From positions 1 to 56,349 of IMG/VR virus record IMGVR_UViG_3300020477_000031: 56,349 bases of DNA; one strand, given 5' to 3'. The position numbers and the translations under genes are program-made. The notes beneath the pieces are model-generated. The model ran no database searches. It was given only the letters and a program-made list of their open reading frames with translations, and had not been told where the DNA came from. The stretch comes from a virus (lineage: Duplodnaviria > Caudoviricetes). Positions 10,479 through 18,661 of the stretch are shown here, one piece after another (within the stretch, counting starts at the first letter, position 1; each line of letters begins with the position of its first letter).

Positions 10479-10784
10479 ATGAAATATAGAGATATCATAG
10501 GAATACGTAAGAAAGAAGAAAAGAAGATTGTTAAAGAAAATAAAATTGTTAAGATAAATGAAACTTTGGATTCCATTAAAGACGAATTTGGTTATGTGAA
10601 TGAAACAGTTCCTTATGGAAAACATGATAAAGTTAAATTTAGAAAGTTTATGGATATGGCATTAAAACATGCTGGGACTGATCCTCATGAAATAGCCAAA
10701 TCACTATTTCGTTTAGGTATTCCAAATAAATTTATTAAAAAAATAGGTGATGTTTTTGCTGCACAAGTTAAGGGAATGGGATAA
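10479..10784 (+). CDS. hypothetical protein
   Basis: Operon-coupled ORF with a GGAG SD. Confidence 0.6.
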   Translation: MKYRDIIGIRKKEEKKIVKENKIVKINETLDSIKDEFGYVNETVPYGKHDKVKFRKFMDMALKHAGTDPHEIAKSLFRLGIPNKFIKKIGDVFAAQVKGMG

Positions 10785-10785
10785 A

Positions 10786-11859
10786 ATGCCAGCCAAGTCA
10801 CAAGCACAGCAAAAATTTTTTGGTGTAGTAAAGGGTATCCAACAGGGTACTGGCAAGGGTACTGGTAAAGCTAAAAAAGCAGCTAAATCAATGAGTAAAA
10901 AAGATGTTGATGATTTTGCTTCAACAAAACATAAAGGATTACCTAAAAAAGTGAAAAGGGAAACAAAAGTAAGAAATTTAATTCTGAAGATGGTTCGTGA
11001 GATTATGAGTGAAGAAAAACTTACAGAAAAGGCCAAAAGAGATTACAAAGCAGAATATAAGAAATTTCAATCATCTACTAAATCAAAGAAATATAGAGCT
11101 GAATTAAACAAATACAATAGACAAAAAGGAACTTATGGTAATGGTGATAAGAAAGATGCATCACATAAAGGAGGAAAGATTGTGGGATTTGAAGAACAAT
11201 CAAAAAATCGTGGTAGGAAAGAGAAAAGTAGATTGAAGAAAGAAGGAAAACTTACACCAGAACAACAGTTAAGAGAAATTATTAAAAGTGTGATAAAAGA
11301 ATCTTTTTATACAATAGGAGCTGGTGGGTTAAGCAAAATAGAAGAAGGTGTTGTTCACATAGCAGTTAATTCACCATATTATTTAGGTGCATCTATGGAT
11401 CCAGATTTAATTATTGTAACTAAAGTGGATGATACATGGATTGAATATGTTAAACCTATATGGGATAATAAGAAAAAATTGAAAATCGAAAAACCAATCG
11501 GTGAAAGTTTAATTACAGATGGTACAAATACTTGGTTGAAGACTTATGGTAAGTATTCTGAAAATAAACAATATGCTGATACAATGAAAAAGAATTTAAA
11601 TGGTCAAAAAGGACCAAATAACGGAAAAGTTAAACCATCTGATTATGATAGATATGTATTAACTATTAAAGGTAAAAAAGGTTCGGGTGATGTTTATGGT
11701 ATCGCTAAGAATTGGGGTGTAACTGGTCGTTGGAATGGTAAGAGTGGCGAAGATACAGAAATGGAATTAGAATTGTATAAAATTTATATTCCACTATTGA
11801 AAAAGAAATATTCAAAAGAATTGACAATTGCTAAACAGAGGAAAGGTGAATTGAGATGA
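10786..11859 (+). CDS. modular polyprotein: DUF3008-like MPAKSQAQQ domain, HNH-like RDY..EY...DASH...SKNR domain, and an unknown domain
   Basis: The in-frame ATG at 10786 follows the upstream stop. Domains are separated by helical linkers (MVREIMSEEKLTE, QLREIIKSVIKE). Confidence 0.6.
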   Translation: MPAKSQAQQKFFGVVKGIQQGTGKGTGKAKKAAKSMSKKDVDDFASTKHKGLPKKVKRETKVRNLILKMVREIMSEEKLTEKAKRDYKAEYKKFQSSTKSKKYRAELNKYNRQKGTYGNGDKKDASHKGGKIVGFEEQSKNRGRKEKSRLKKEGKLTPEQQLREIIKSVIKESFYTIGAGGLSKIEEGVVHIAVNSPYYLGASMDPDLIIVTKVDDTWIEYVKPIWDNKKKLKIEKPIGESLITDGTNTWLKTYGKYSENKQYADTMKKNLNGQKGPNNGKVKPSDYDRYVLTIKGKKGSGDVYGIAKNWGVTGRWNGKSGEDTEMELELYKIYIPLLKKKYSKELTIAKQRKGELR

Positions 11860-12323
11860 TTAAATTAAAGTCACTTATAAGAGAATCGAAACTTATTACG
11901 GAAGCTACTCGTTGGGCAGTTGGTGTTGAAATGCCGAATGGTAAGATTACATCTGTTTATGGACATTACGATGGTTATCCAGAATATGTTGGCAAATTAT
12001 TGAAAAAATATTATAGTCAAGGTGCTGGTAAAGTTAGAGATTTGGTAAAACTTGGTAAACAAGGTATTTCTACTCTAGGGAAGAATTTGGGTAAGAAACA
12101 TGATTTTAATATGCCATATGATGAAAAAGAAAAATTGGGATATACTACTTTTTATGGTAGAGATAGAGGTGAAAAGGGTAATATGACTTCTAAATATAAA
12201 AATATGGAAGAATTTGGTAAGAAATTTACTAAAAGTGGTGGTGCTGAATTTGGATATATTTGGTCTGTAAATGATAGAAAGTGGTATGTATTTGATTACT
12301 ACGGAAAAAAGAAAGAATTATAA
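11856..12323 (+). CDS. hypothetical protein, MIKLK leader plus YGHYDGYPEYVG domain
   Basis: The YxHxDGYP motif is common in phage hypothetical proteins; it follows the leader ending LITE. Confidence 0.65.
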   Translation: MIKLKSLIRESKLITEATRWAVGVEMPNGKITSVYGHYDGYPEYVGKLLKKYYSQGAGKVRDLVKLGKQGISTLGKNLGKKHDFNMPYDEKEKLGYTTFYGRDRGEKGNMTSKYKNMEEFGKKFTKSGGAEFGYIWSVNDRKWYVFDYYGKKKEL

Positions 12324-12577
12324 TGATTAAATTAAAAGATTTATTAAAAGAAGCTAAACAAACTCAATTCCAAATACCAATAAGAGATCAACGGAGTGTG
12401 ATGAAAATTTTAAGGACATCCAAATCACAAATGGTTGGGAAATACAAAGAAGGCAGACATTATGATTTTGGTGTTGGTAAAGGTGCTACATTTATTTTAG
12501 CTGTAGATAAAAAATTAGAAGATGAAATACTATCTACTTTAATACAAAAGGGTATTAGGGGTATAAGAACAGTATAA
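12323..12577 (+). CDS. hypothetical protein with MIKLKDLLKE leader
   Basis: TAATG coupling and leader motif. Confidence 0.65.
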   Translation: MIKLKDLLKEAKQTQFQIPIRDQRSVMKILRTSKSQMVGKYKEGRHYDFGVGKGATFILAVDKKLEDEILSTLIQKGIRGIRTV

Positions 12578-13047
12578 TGAAATTAACGGATTTAATAAAG
12601 AAACAGGGTGATATTATACGTAAAGAGACCGGAATATATGAAGTACATACAACCACTTTTACAAAAGATGAAATGGGAAAACTTCATAAAGATGGGAAGT
12701 TAGAAAAAGATGGGCATCTTTATATTTATAAAGAGAATGTAACTGAAGATTGGGCATCGGCTAATCCAAAATGGTCTTCAAAAGAAGCTAAGATTATAAT
12801 GGATCAAAGTGTTAGAGAATATGCAAAAGTATTGAGAAAAGCTCAATATAAAATAGTTAAAGATTGGATGAGAAAAGCTAAATCAGGAGTACTTGATTAT
12901 TTTGATATTAGTAAAGGTATAAGAACTGGAGATGTGTCAAGGGCATATCAATATGAAACAGATTTTCTGGCTGATATGTTGCAAAAAGATAAAATTATAG
13001 ACAGATTTAGAAAGTATTTCGGTGGTCGTAAGGGGAAAAAGAGATGA
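12577..13047 (+). CDS. hypothetical protein with MKLTDLIK leader
   Basis: TAATG coupling. Confidence 0.6.
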   Translation: MKLTDLIKKQGDIIRKETGIYEVHTTTFTKDEMGKLHKDGKLEKDGHLYIYKENVTEDWASANPKWSSKEAKIIMDQSVREYAKVLRKAQYKIVKDWMRKAKSGVLDYFDISKGIRTGDVSRAYQYETDFLADMLQKDKIIDRFRKYFGGRKGKKR

Positions 13048-13406
13048 AAATAACAAAATCACAATTAAAAGAAATTATTAAAGAAGAACTCCAACGATTG
13101 AATGAAGCTACAAAAACATACAAGGGTACTTTTGAATATAATCCAAACGACCCATATAAAGCTGGACAAGCGTTTGAAGAATTGTTTGATGGTGCAGACC
13201 ATGGATATAGTGAAAGTTGGGATTCTTATGATTGGAATGATGATGGTAACTGGGATAAAGCGGTAGAAGAATATCATAAAGAAATGTTTAAGATTGTTGA
13301 TGGGTATTTAACTGCTAAGAAAAAAGCTGATTCATTTTGGAAAACAAAAGAAAAAATATTTAAGAAATGGCGTAAAACTGATAAAAGTAAAGGGGCACCA
13401 GGATAA
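13044..13406 (+). CDS. hypothetical protein with MKITKSQLKEIIKEE leader
   Basis: ATGA coupling and leader motif. Confidence 0.65.
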   Translation: MKITKSQLKEIIKEELQRLNEATKTYKGTFEYNPNDPYKAGQAFEELFDGADHGYSESWDSYDWNDDGNWDKAVEEYHKEMFKIVDGYLTAKKKADSFWKTKEKIFKKWRKTDKSKGAPG

Positions 13407-13410
13407 GATT

Positions 13411-13860
13411 ATGAAACTAACAAAATCACAATTAAAAGAAATTATTAGAGAAGAACTTAAACTTACAGAGGATTACAAAAACTCTAAATGGGAAGTATAT
13501 GTTGGTGATGATGCTTATGGTAAGAATAGAAAAGTTGTGAAAGTGGCTAAATCTAAAAGAGCTGCAACTATTCTTTACAATAAATTAATTAAGACAGATA
13601 AGTATTTTGAAGTTGGTATGAGAGCAGTTACAGAAGGAATAGGTGAAGGAAAACTTAACGAAGTTGGTATTAATGTATCATCAAAACCATTCAAAGCTTG
13701 GCAAGAACATGGTGATTATATTAGAAAATTAAATAGAGATTCAATGTGGGCTGCTAAAGCATTTCCATATAAGAAAAAAGAAGCTATGGAAATACGAAAA
13801 CTTACAGAAAAATTATACAATTTGATTGAAATAATCAAAGGTCAAGCTATAGATTTATAG
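13411..13860 (+). CDS. two-module hypothetical protein with MKLTKSQLKEIIREE leader
   Basis: Leader motif; internal EGKLNE junction. Confidence 0.65.
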   Translation: MKLTKSQLKEIIREELKLTEDYKNSKWEVYVGDDAYGKNRKVVKVAKSKRAATILYNKLIKTDKYFEVGMRAVTEGIGEGKLNEVGINVSSKPFKAWQEHGDYIRKLNRDSMWAAKAFPYKKKEAMEIRKLTEKLYNLIEIIKGQAIDL

Positions 13861-13869
13861 AAAAGGATA

Positions 13870-14190
13870 ATGATAATGGCAACTAACAAAGATTTATTAG
13901 AAAAACTTGATACAATACAAGAAAAGGTATGTAATCAAGATATAGAACAAATCAAAAGTGATTTGAAAGAAATTAAAGAGATATTGTTGGATCCAGAAGA
14001 TGGTTTAGTTGTTAGAATTAACAAAAACACATACTGGAGAAAAACAATGACCGAAAGTGAAACAAATTTCGATGTCATTAAGGATGATGTTAAAGAATTA
14101 AATAATTTTAAAGAAAATGTAACAAGGGCAATGTGGATTATATATACCGCAGTGTCAGGATTAATAATTAAATTAATTTGGGGAGATTAA
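13870..14190 (+). CDS. coiled-coil protein with C-terminal TM (XhlA-like architecture)
   Basis: Heptad region followed by AMWIIYTAVSGLIIKLIW. Confidence 0.55.
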   Translation: MIMATNKDLLEKLDTIQEKVCNQDIEQIKSDLKEIKEILLDPEDGLVVRINKNTYWRKTMTESETNFDVIKDDVKELNNFKENVTRAMWIIYTAVSGLIIKLIWGD

Positions 14191-14639
14191 TGTCTTTTTT
14201 AGAAAAGGCCGAAAAAAATATGAATAATTATCTTTTGATAAATGAGATAAGTACGGTGACTACTGCAGGTGGTTTTTCTGGTAGATCAGGTCAAGAGATA
14301 GATACTACATATGTAGGACCTTTTAACCCTGAATATGGTGATATTGGCAATCTTTTAAACAATCAGATAATTGATAGAGATAATAAGGTGAAACGGAATA
14401 ATGAAGTTACTCCCGAAATTGATCCTGAAATGAAATATTTAGATTTGGATATATTGGGTATAGAATATGATAAAAATGAAATGAAAGCTGATGAAAAAAT
14501 ATTTGTAAATGATACAAATGACATGAAAGTTGTTGATTTGGATATAGATTATGATAAAATTAAATTAAATTCAAAAAATAAAATATTTATAAATGATACT
14601 AACGATTGGAAGTATATTTATAACAATAAAAGGAAATAA
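14190..14639 (+). CDS. hypothetical protein with internal KIF(V/I)NDTND repeat
   Basis: TAATG-coupled start at MSFLEK; duplicated 9-aa motif. Confidence 0.55.
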   Translation: MSFLEKAEKNMNNYLLINEISTVTTAGGFSGRSGQEIDTTYVGPFNPEYGDIGNLLNNQIIDRDNKVKRNNEVTPEIDPEMKYLDLDILGIEYDKNEMKADEKIFVNDTNDMKVVDLDIDYDKIKLNSKNKIFINDTNDWKYIYNNKRK

Positions 14640-14644
14640 AAATT

Positions 14645-15205
14645 ATGGCAAAAGTAAGAATTAATGAATCAAGTTTAAGAAAAATTATACGAAATGTAAT
14701 CCAAGAACTTACTGGTTTAAATGTTGGATTGGGTGGTGCTAAGCCACGAGGGTATAAATCAGTTGCAACAAAATCGGCCAAAAAAGCATACGATACATCA
14801 GATAGTGAATATAGTAAAAAATCTTCAGATTATTTATCTAAGAAAGATGTATATGATAAAGTGAACTTAGCCAAGAAATATAGAAAGGCTCAACGGGGTG
14901 GTGGTTATCTATATACTTCGGATGTAACTACGGCTAAAAGAGGTGGATATACGGAAAATCCAGAATGGACATCAGCTGATAGTGATCTACGAACTGCGTC
15001 AGGTGATAGGGATAAGGCAAAAGCTGACCGGTCTAGTAAACAAGTAACCTATAAAACAAGTATTGACACTGATGTTGCAAAAACTAAAGCACAAACAACA
15101 GCAAAACCACCTGTAGCTTCTTCAGCCGCGTGGGCGAGTGGTAAGGGTATTACTGGTAAAGGTAAAGGACGTGGCAAGGGTAAAGGTAAGAAGAAACAAA
15201 ATTAG
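14645..15205 (+). CDS. basic K/A/G-rich protein with GKGKGRGKGKG tail
   Basis: INESSLRKIIRNVIQE leader and a low-complexity basic C-terminus. Confidence 0.6.
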   Translation: MAKVRINESSLRKIIRNVIQELTGLNVGLGGAKPRGYKSVATKSAKKAYDTSDSEYSKKSSDYLSKKDVYDKVNLAKKYRKAQRGGGYLYTSDVTTAKRGGYTENPEWTSADSDLRTASGDRDKAKADRSSKQVTYKTSIDTDVAKTKAQTTAKPPVASSAAWASGKGITGKGKGRGKGKGKKKQN

Positions 15206-15229
15206 AAAATAATATATGGAGATAAAAAA

Positions 15230-15745
15230 ATGGCAAAATTAAAAAAAATATTAGAAGAAATAGCATTCGGTATGGATGAGCCTAAAGTTAATAAACATGA
15301 AGTTATTGAAGGCGTTTCTAAATATTCTTCTGTTGGTAGACAATTATATGGTGAAAATAATTTTGTATCCATAGCTGAAGAATTGATTAAAATAGCTGAA
15401 TCAGCACATTCACATATTATTGGTGAACAAGGTGATTGGTTTGATAAAGTAACTGTGAATAAAAACATGAAACAATTAAAAGGTAGTGTTGTCGAATTTA
15501 AAAAAGTTGCAGCTGAAGCTAATTCTATAAACCAAAGACTTACATCTCTATATGAAGATATGGGTCATATACTAAATAGGTATTATGATATATCTGAAGC
15601 TGACGAAGGTGATATGGATAATGATGGTGTTAACGAACCAGATGATGAAGAATATCTTCAAAATAAAAGAGATGCTATCACTAAAGCAGTTAAAGGTGAA
15701 TCTAAAAAAGTTGGTATACCATCTATTGGTCTTTCAAGACGATAA
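15230..15745 (+). CDS. hypothetical protein (MAKLKKILEE leader, DMDNDG acidic loop)
   Basis: GGAG SD; DxDxDG Ca-binding-like motif. Confidence 0.6.
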   Translation: MAKLKKILEEIAFGMDEPKVNKHEVIEGVSKYSSVGRQLYGENNFVSIAEELIKIAESAHSHIIGEQGDWFDKVTVNKNMKQLKGSVVEFKKVAAEANSINQRLTSLYEDMGHILNRYYDISEADEGDMDNDGVNEPDDEEYLQNKRDAITKAVKGESKKVGIPSIGLSRR

Positions 15746-15754
15746 TGAAATTAT

Positions 15755-16108
15755 ATGGATGCCCAACCTATAAATATAAGGACTTTGGTTCATCATATAG
15801 AACATTTAGTTTTATATAGTCTTATTTTATGGCAAATAACTTTATCTATTTGGTTATTATTGAAATGGGTATCCAAAAATATAAAGTTTAATTTTAATTC
15901 ACAACCAATTGTTGTCAGTGGTGGTGAAAATAATAATAGTGTTGAAACTTTTACTGAAAAAACTAAAAAAAATATGGGAGTTATTGATGTAGAAGTAAAA
16001 AAAGAGATATTTATAAGTGACGCTGATAAGTCTGATATAAAGATGGATGAAGTTAAAAAAGGTAAAGTTAAAACACAAAAAGAAAAATTAAGGAAATTGA
16101 GAAAATAA
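15755..16108 (+). CDS. membrane protein, paralog of 23334..23675
   Basis: N-terminal TM; C-terminal IDVEVKKEIFI...KLRKLRK. Confidence 0.6.
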   Translation: MDAQPINIRTLVHHIEHLVLYSLILWQITLSIWLLLKWVSKNIKFNFNSQPIVVSGGENNNSVETFTEKTKKNMGVIDVEVKKEIFISDADKSDIKMDEVKKGKVKTQKEKLRKLRK

Positions 16109-16119
16109 ACGGGAGAAGT

Positions 16120-16533
16120 ATGATGCCTAGATATAATAGAAGGCCAAAAAGAAGTTTAAATCGTAGAACAATGGCTAGAAAACGTCGTTCTGTTTCTGCT
16201 CCAAGAAGAAGTAATAGAAGAATGGCTGCTGGATATTCAAAACCAGGTGCAAGAAGACGTGGTAGGATTGCTTCTAGAAGAAGAATGTCATCTCTTAGGA
16301 ATACAAGAGCTAGACGAATGAATTCTTCATCAAGGATATCCGCTAGAAGTGTTAGAAGAAATTCAGCTCGTAGAATTGGTACTAGTCATGGTGATATAGG
16401 TGGTATGCTTCGTGATTTGAAAAAAGGTACGAAAGCATCAAAGGGTCCAACTGTAAGAGGTGGACAACATCTTAGATTTAAAAGAGTTTCGCAGAAAAAT
16501 AGAAAAGGTTATCAAGTATTAACAAACGTTTAA
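16120..16533 (+). CDS. protamine-like Arg-rich protein
   Basis: Roughly a quarter Arg, only two Asp and no Glu; GGGAG SD. Confidence 0.65.
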   Translation: MMPRYNRRPKRSLNRRTMARKRRSVSAPRRSNRRMAAGYSKPGARRRGRIASRRRMSSLRNTRARRMNSSSRISARSVRRNSARRIGTSHGDIGGMLRDLKKGTKASKGPTVRGGQHLRFKRVSQKNRKGYQVLTNV

Positions 16534-16548
16534 GTTTAGGGGGTTATA

Positions 16549-17577
16549 ATGGCTAAAGGTTTAGATTGTGGTACATCATTTTATATATGTGCAACAGATG
16601 ATAGTATCAAAAAACAGAGGAATGCATTTTTGACTGTGGATGGAGACCCTAACCAGGTTAAACGTATGCTCAAAAGACAAAAAATTCCATTTGTACAAAA
16701 AGGAAATAAGATTCATATAGTTGGCCAACATGCTTTCAATTATGCTCAAATATTTTCATCTACAGAATTAAGAAGGCCAATGTCACAAGGTTTATTGAAC
16801 CCACAAGAAAAAGATGCTTTACCAGTATTGAATGCTATTATAGGTGAATTATTAGGAAAAGCTGGAGAAAATGAAGTATGTGTTTATTGTGTACCATCTA
16901 AACCTATTGATCAAACTCGTGAAGTGTCGTATCATGAAGATGTGTTGAAACAAATTATAGATACTTATGGATATAAAACTAAAGTAATTGAAGAAGCGGT
17001 TGCAATTGGATATGAAGGATTGATTGATGATGATTTAACTGGTGTTGCTATTTCAATGGGAGCTGGAATGTGTAATATATCAGTTATGTATCAAGGTATG
17101 TCTGCATTATCATTTTCAGTGGCTCGTGGTGGTGATTGGATTGATCAAAATGTTGCAAATGATACTGGTTCATCGAAAGCTAAGGTTCAATCGATTAAAG
17201 AGAGTTCAAATAATTTAGATTTAACTAAATCAGCTATAAATGATATCTATCAAGAAGAAAGTGAAGAATATAGTACTATACATGCAATCCGTTCTTATTA
17301 TGGTGCACTTATAAATTATTTATTGGTAAATTTAAAACATCAGTTTGAAAATACAGCTGATGTACCACAGTTTCCAAATGCAGTACCAATTGTTATAGGT
17401 GGTGGAACATCACTGGTTAAAGGATTTTTGGATGTGTTTAATGAACAGTTTAATCAAGATGATTTTCCAATTCAAATTAAAGAAATAAGATTAATTGAAG
17501 ATGCTCACACCGCCGTTTCTCGTGGTTGTTTAAGTGAAGCACAATTAATAGAGGAGGACGAAGATGAAATTGACTAG
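16549..17577 (+). CDS. actin-like ATPase (MreB/ParM/FtsA fold)
   Basis: GLDCGTS (phosphate 1), IEEAVA (connect 1), ISMGAG (phosphate 2), RGGDWID, IKE, VIGGGTS (adenosine), AVSRGC. Confidence 0.88.
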   Translation: MAKGLDCGTSFYICATDDSIKKQRNAFLTVDGDPNQVKRMLKRQKIPFVQKGNKIHIVGQHAFNYAQIFSSTELRRPMSQGLLNPQEKDALPVLNAIIGELLGKAGENEVCVYCVPSKPIDQTREVSYHEDVLKQIIDTYGYKTKVIEEAVAIGYEGLIDDDLTGVAISMGAGMCNISVMYQGMSALSFSVARGGDWIDQNVANDTGSSKAKVQSIKESSNNLDLTKSAINDIYQEESEEYSTIHAIRSYYGALINYLLVNLKHQFENTADVPQFPNAVPIVIGGGTSLVKGFLDVFNEQFNQDDFPIQIKEIRLIEDAHTAVSRGCLSEAQLIEEDEDEID

Positions 17578-18274
17578 AAATCAACTTAAAGAATTGGTAA
17601 GGCAATCAATATCTGAATTGGATATGAAAAAGGCAAAAGCTAATATAAGAAAAACAGATTTGTATAAATCATATGGTGATTTCATGCCGGGATTAAAAGA
17701 TGATACAGATGAAGCAGTTGCAAAAGTTGCTTCAAAAGTATTCCCAACAATAAAACAAATGGCTAAAAAAGCCGCAAAAAATCCTAAAATTAAAAAAGCA
17801 GCAGTTGCTGGTGCCGGTGAATATGTTAGAAAGAAAGTAAAAAAAGAAGGTGGACCTGGTAGTGGTAGAAAAAAAGATGATGATGGATTTGATGTAGGTG
17901 GTCCTGCATACCCAAATGTACCAAAAGGTGCTAAAACTTCAAAACAAGCTAAAAAAATGTTGAAGAAAAAGAAAGTGAAAGAATCTGTTAAAAAATCAAT
18001 CAAAACAACTGTAAAAGAAGTTAAACAATGGATGAAAACATTGGAAGAAAATAGATATAGAAAACTTGTTAATGCAGATTGTCGTAGAGTATCTTGGTTG
18101 GTAAATAATAATTTGGCTGAAGATTATGATCAAATGCCAATTTCAATGCAAAAGAAATGGCCTAAAGCTCAATATGGTAAAGAAAGATATTTAGCTAAAG
18201 AATTTATAAAACATAAGAAAGCTGAACAAAAATTAAGAGAATCGATAAAAAGAATAGTTGAGAGGTTAATATGA
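17564..18274 (+). CDS. basic modular hypothetical protein (MKLTRNQLKELVR leader, EGGPGSG motif)
   Basis: Leader motif; ends QKLRESIKRIVERLI. Confidence 0.6.
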   Translation: MKLTRNQLKELVRQSISELDMKKAKANIRKTDLYKSYGDFMPGLKDDTDEAVAKVASKVFPTIKQMAKKAAKNPKIKKAAVAGAGEYVRKKVKKEGGPGSGRKKDDDGFDVGGPAYPNVPKGAKTSKQAKKMLKKKKVKESVKKSIKTTVKEVKQWMKTLEENRYRKLVNADCRRVSWLVNNNLAEDYDQMPISMQKKWPKAQYGKERYLAKEFIKHKKAEQKLRESIKRIVERLI

Positions 18275-18501
18275 AAAAAAGAAAAAGGGGTAATGAACTC
18301 ACAGGTTTACAAGTAAAGGTTTTTAATAATAATATAGAAAAGGCATTAAGAAAATTTAAAAAGAAAGTCAAAGATAGTAATTTGATGTTAGAATTGAAAA
18401 ATATATCACATTACGAAAAACCATCCGAAAAAAGACGAAAAAAAAGAAATTTAGCTAAATCACGTCAAAGATATAGACAAATTAAGCAAAATAACTATTA
18501 A
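18271..18501 (+). CDS. rpsU: ribosomal protein bS21
   Basis: V.V.NNNIEKALRKFKKKV...L.ELK...HYEKPSEKRRKK, the classic bS21 signature. Confidence 0.92.
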   Translation: MKKRKRGNELTGLQVKVFNNNIEKALRKFKKKVKDSNLMLELKNISHYEKPSEKRRKKRNLAKSRQRYRQIKQNNY

Positions 18502-18661
18502 TTTTTAATAAAAATTAATTATTTTTTATTAATTTTTATATTTATATGTGAACAATCCTCAATACACCGTTCATTTATACGGTGTCTAAATATTCGATTA
18601 AAATATTAAACTTTCTAATAAGTTTAGATTCCAATAGTAAAAAATTATAGGAGAATTAATT

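Noticed and set aside
11030-11240. Free-standing HNH homing endonuclease
   Set aside because: Only a short HNH-like module embedded in a polyprotein, with no sign of a mobile element.
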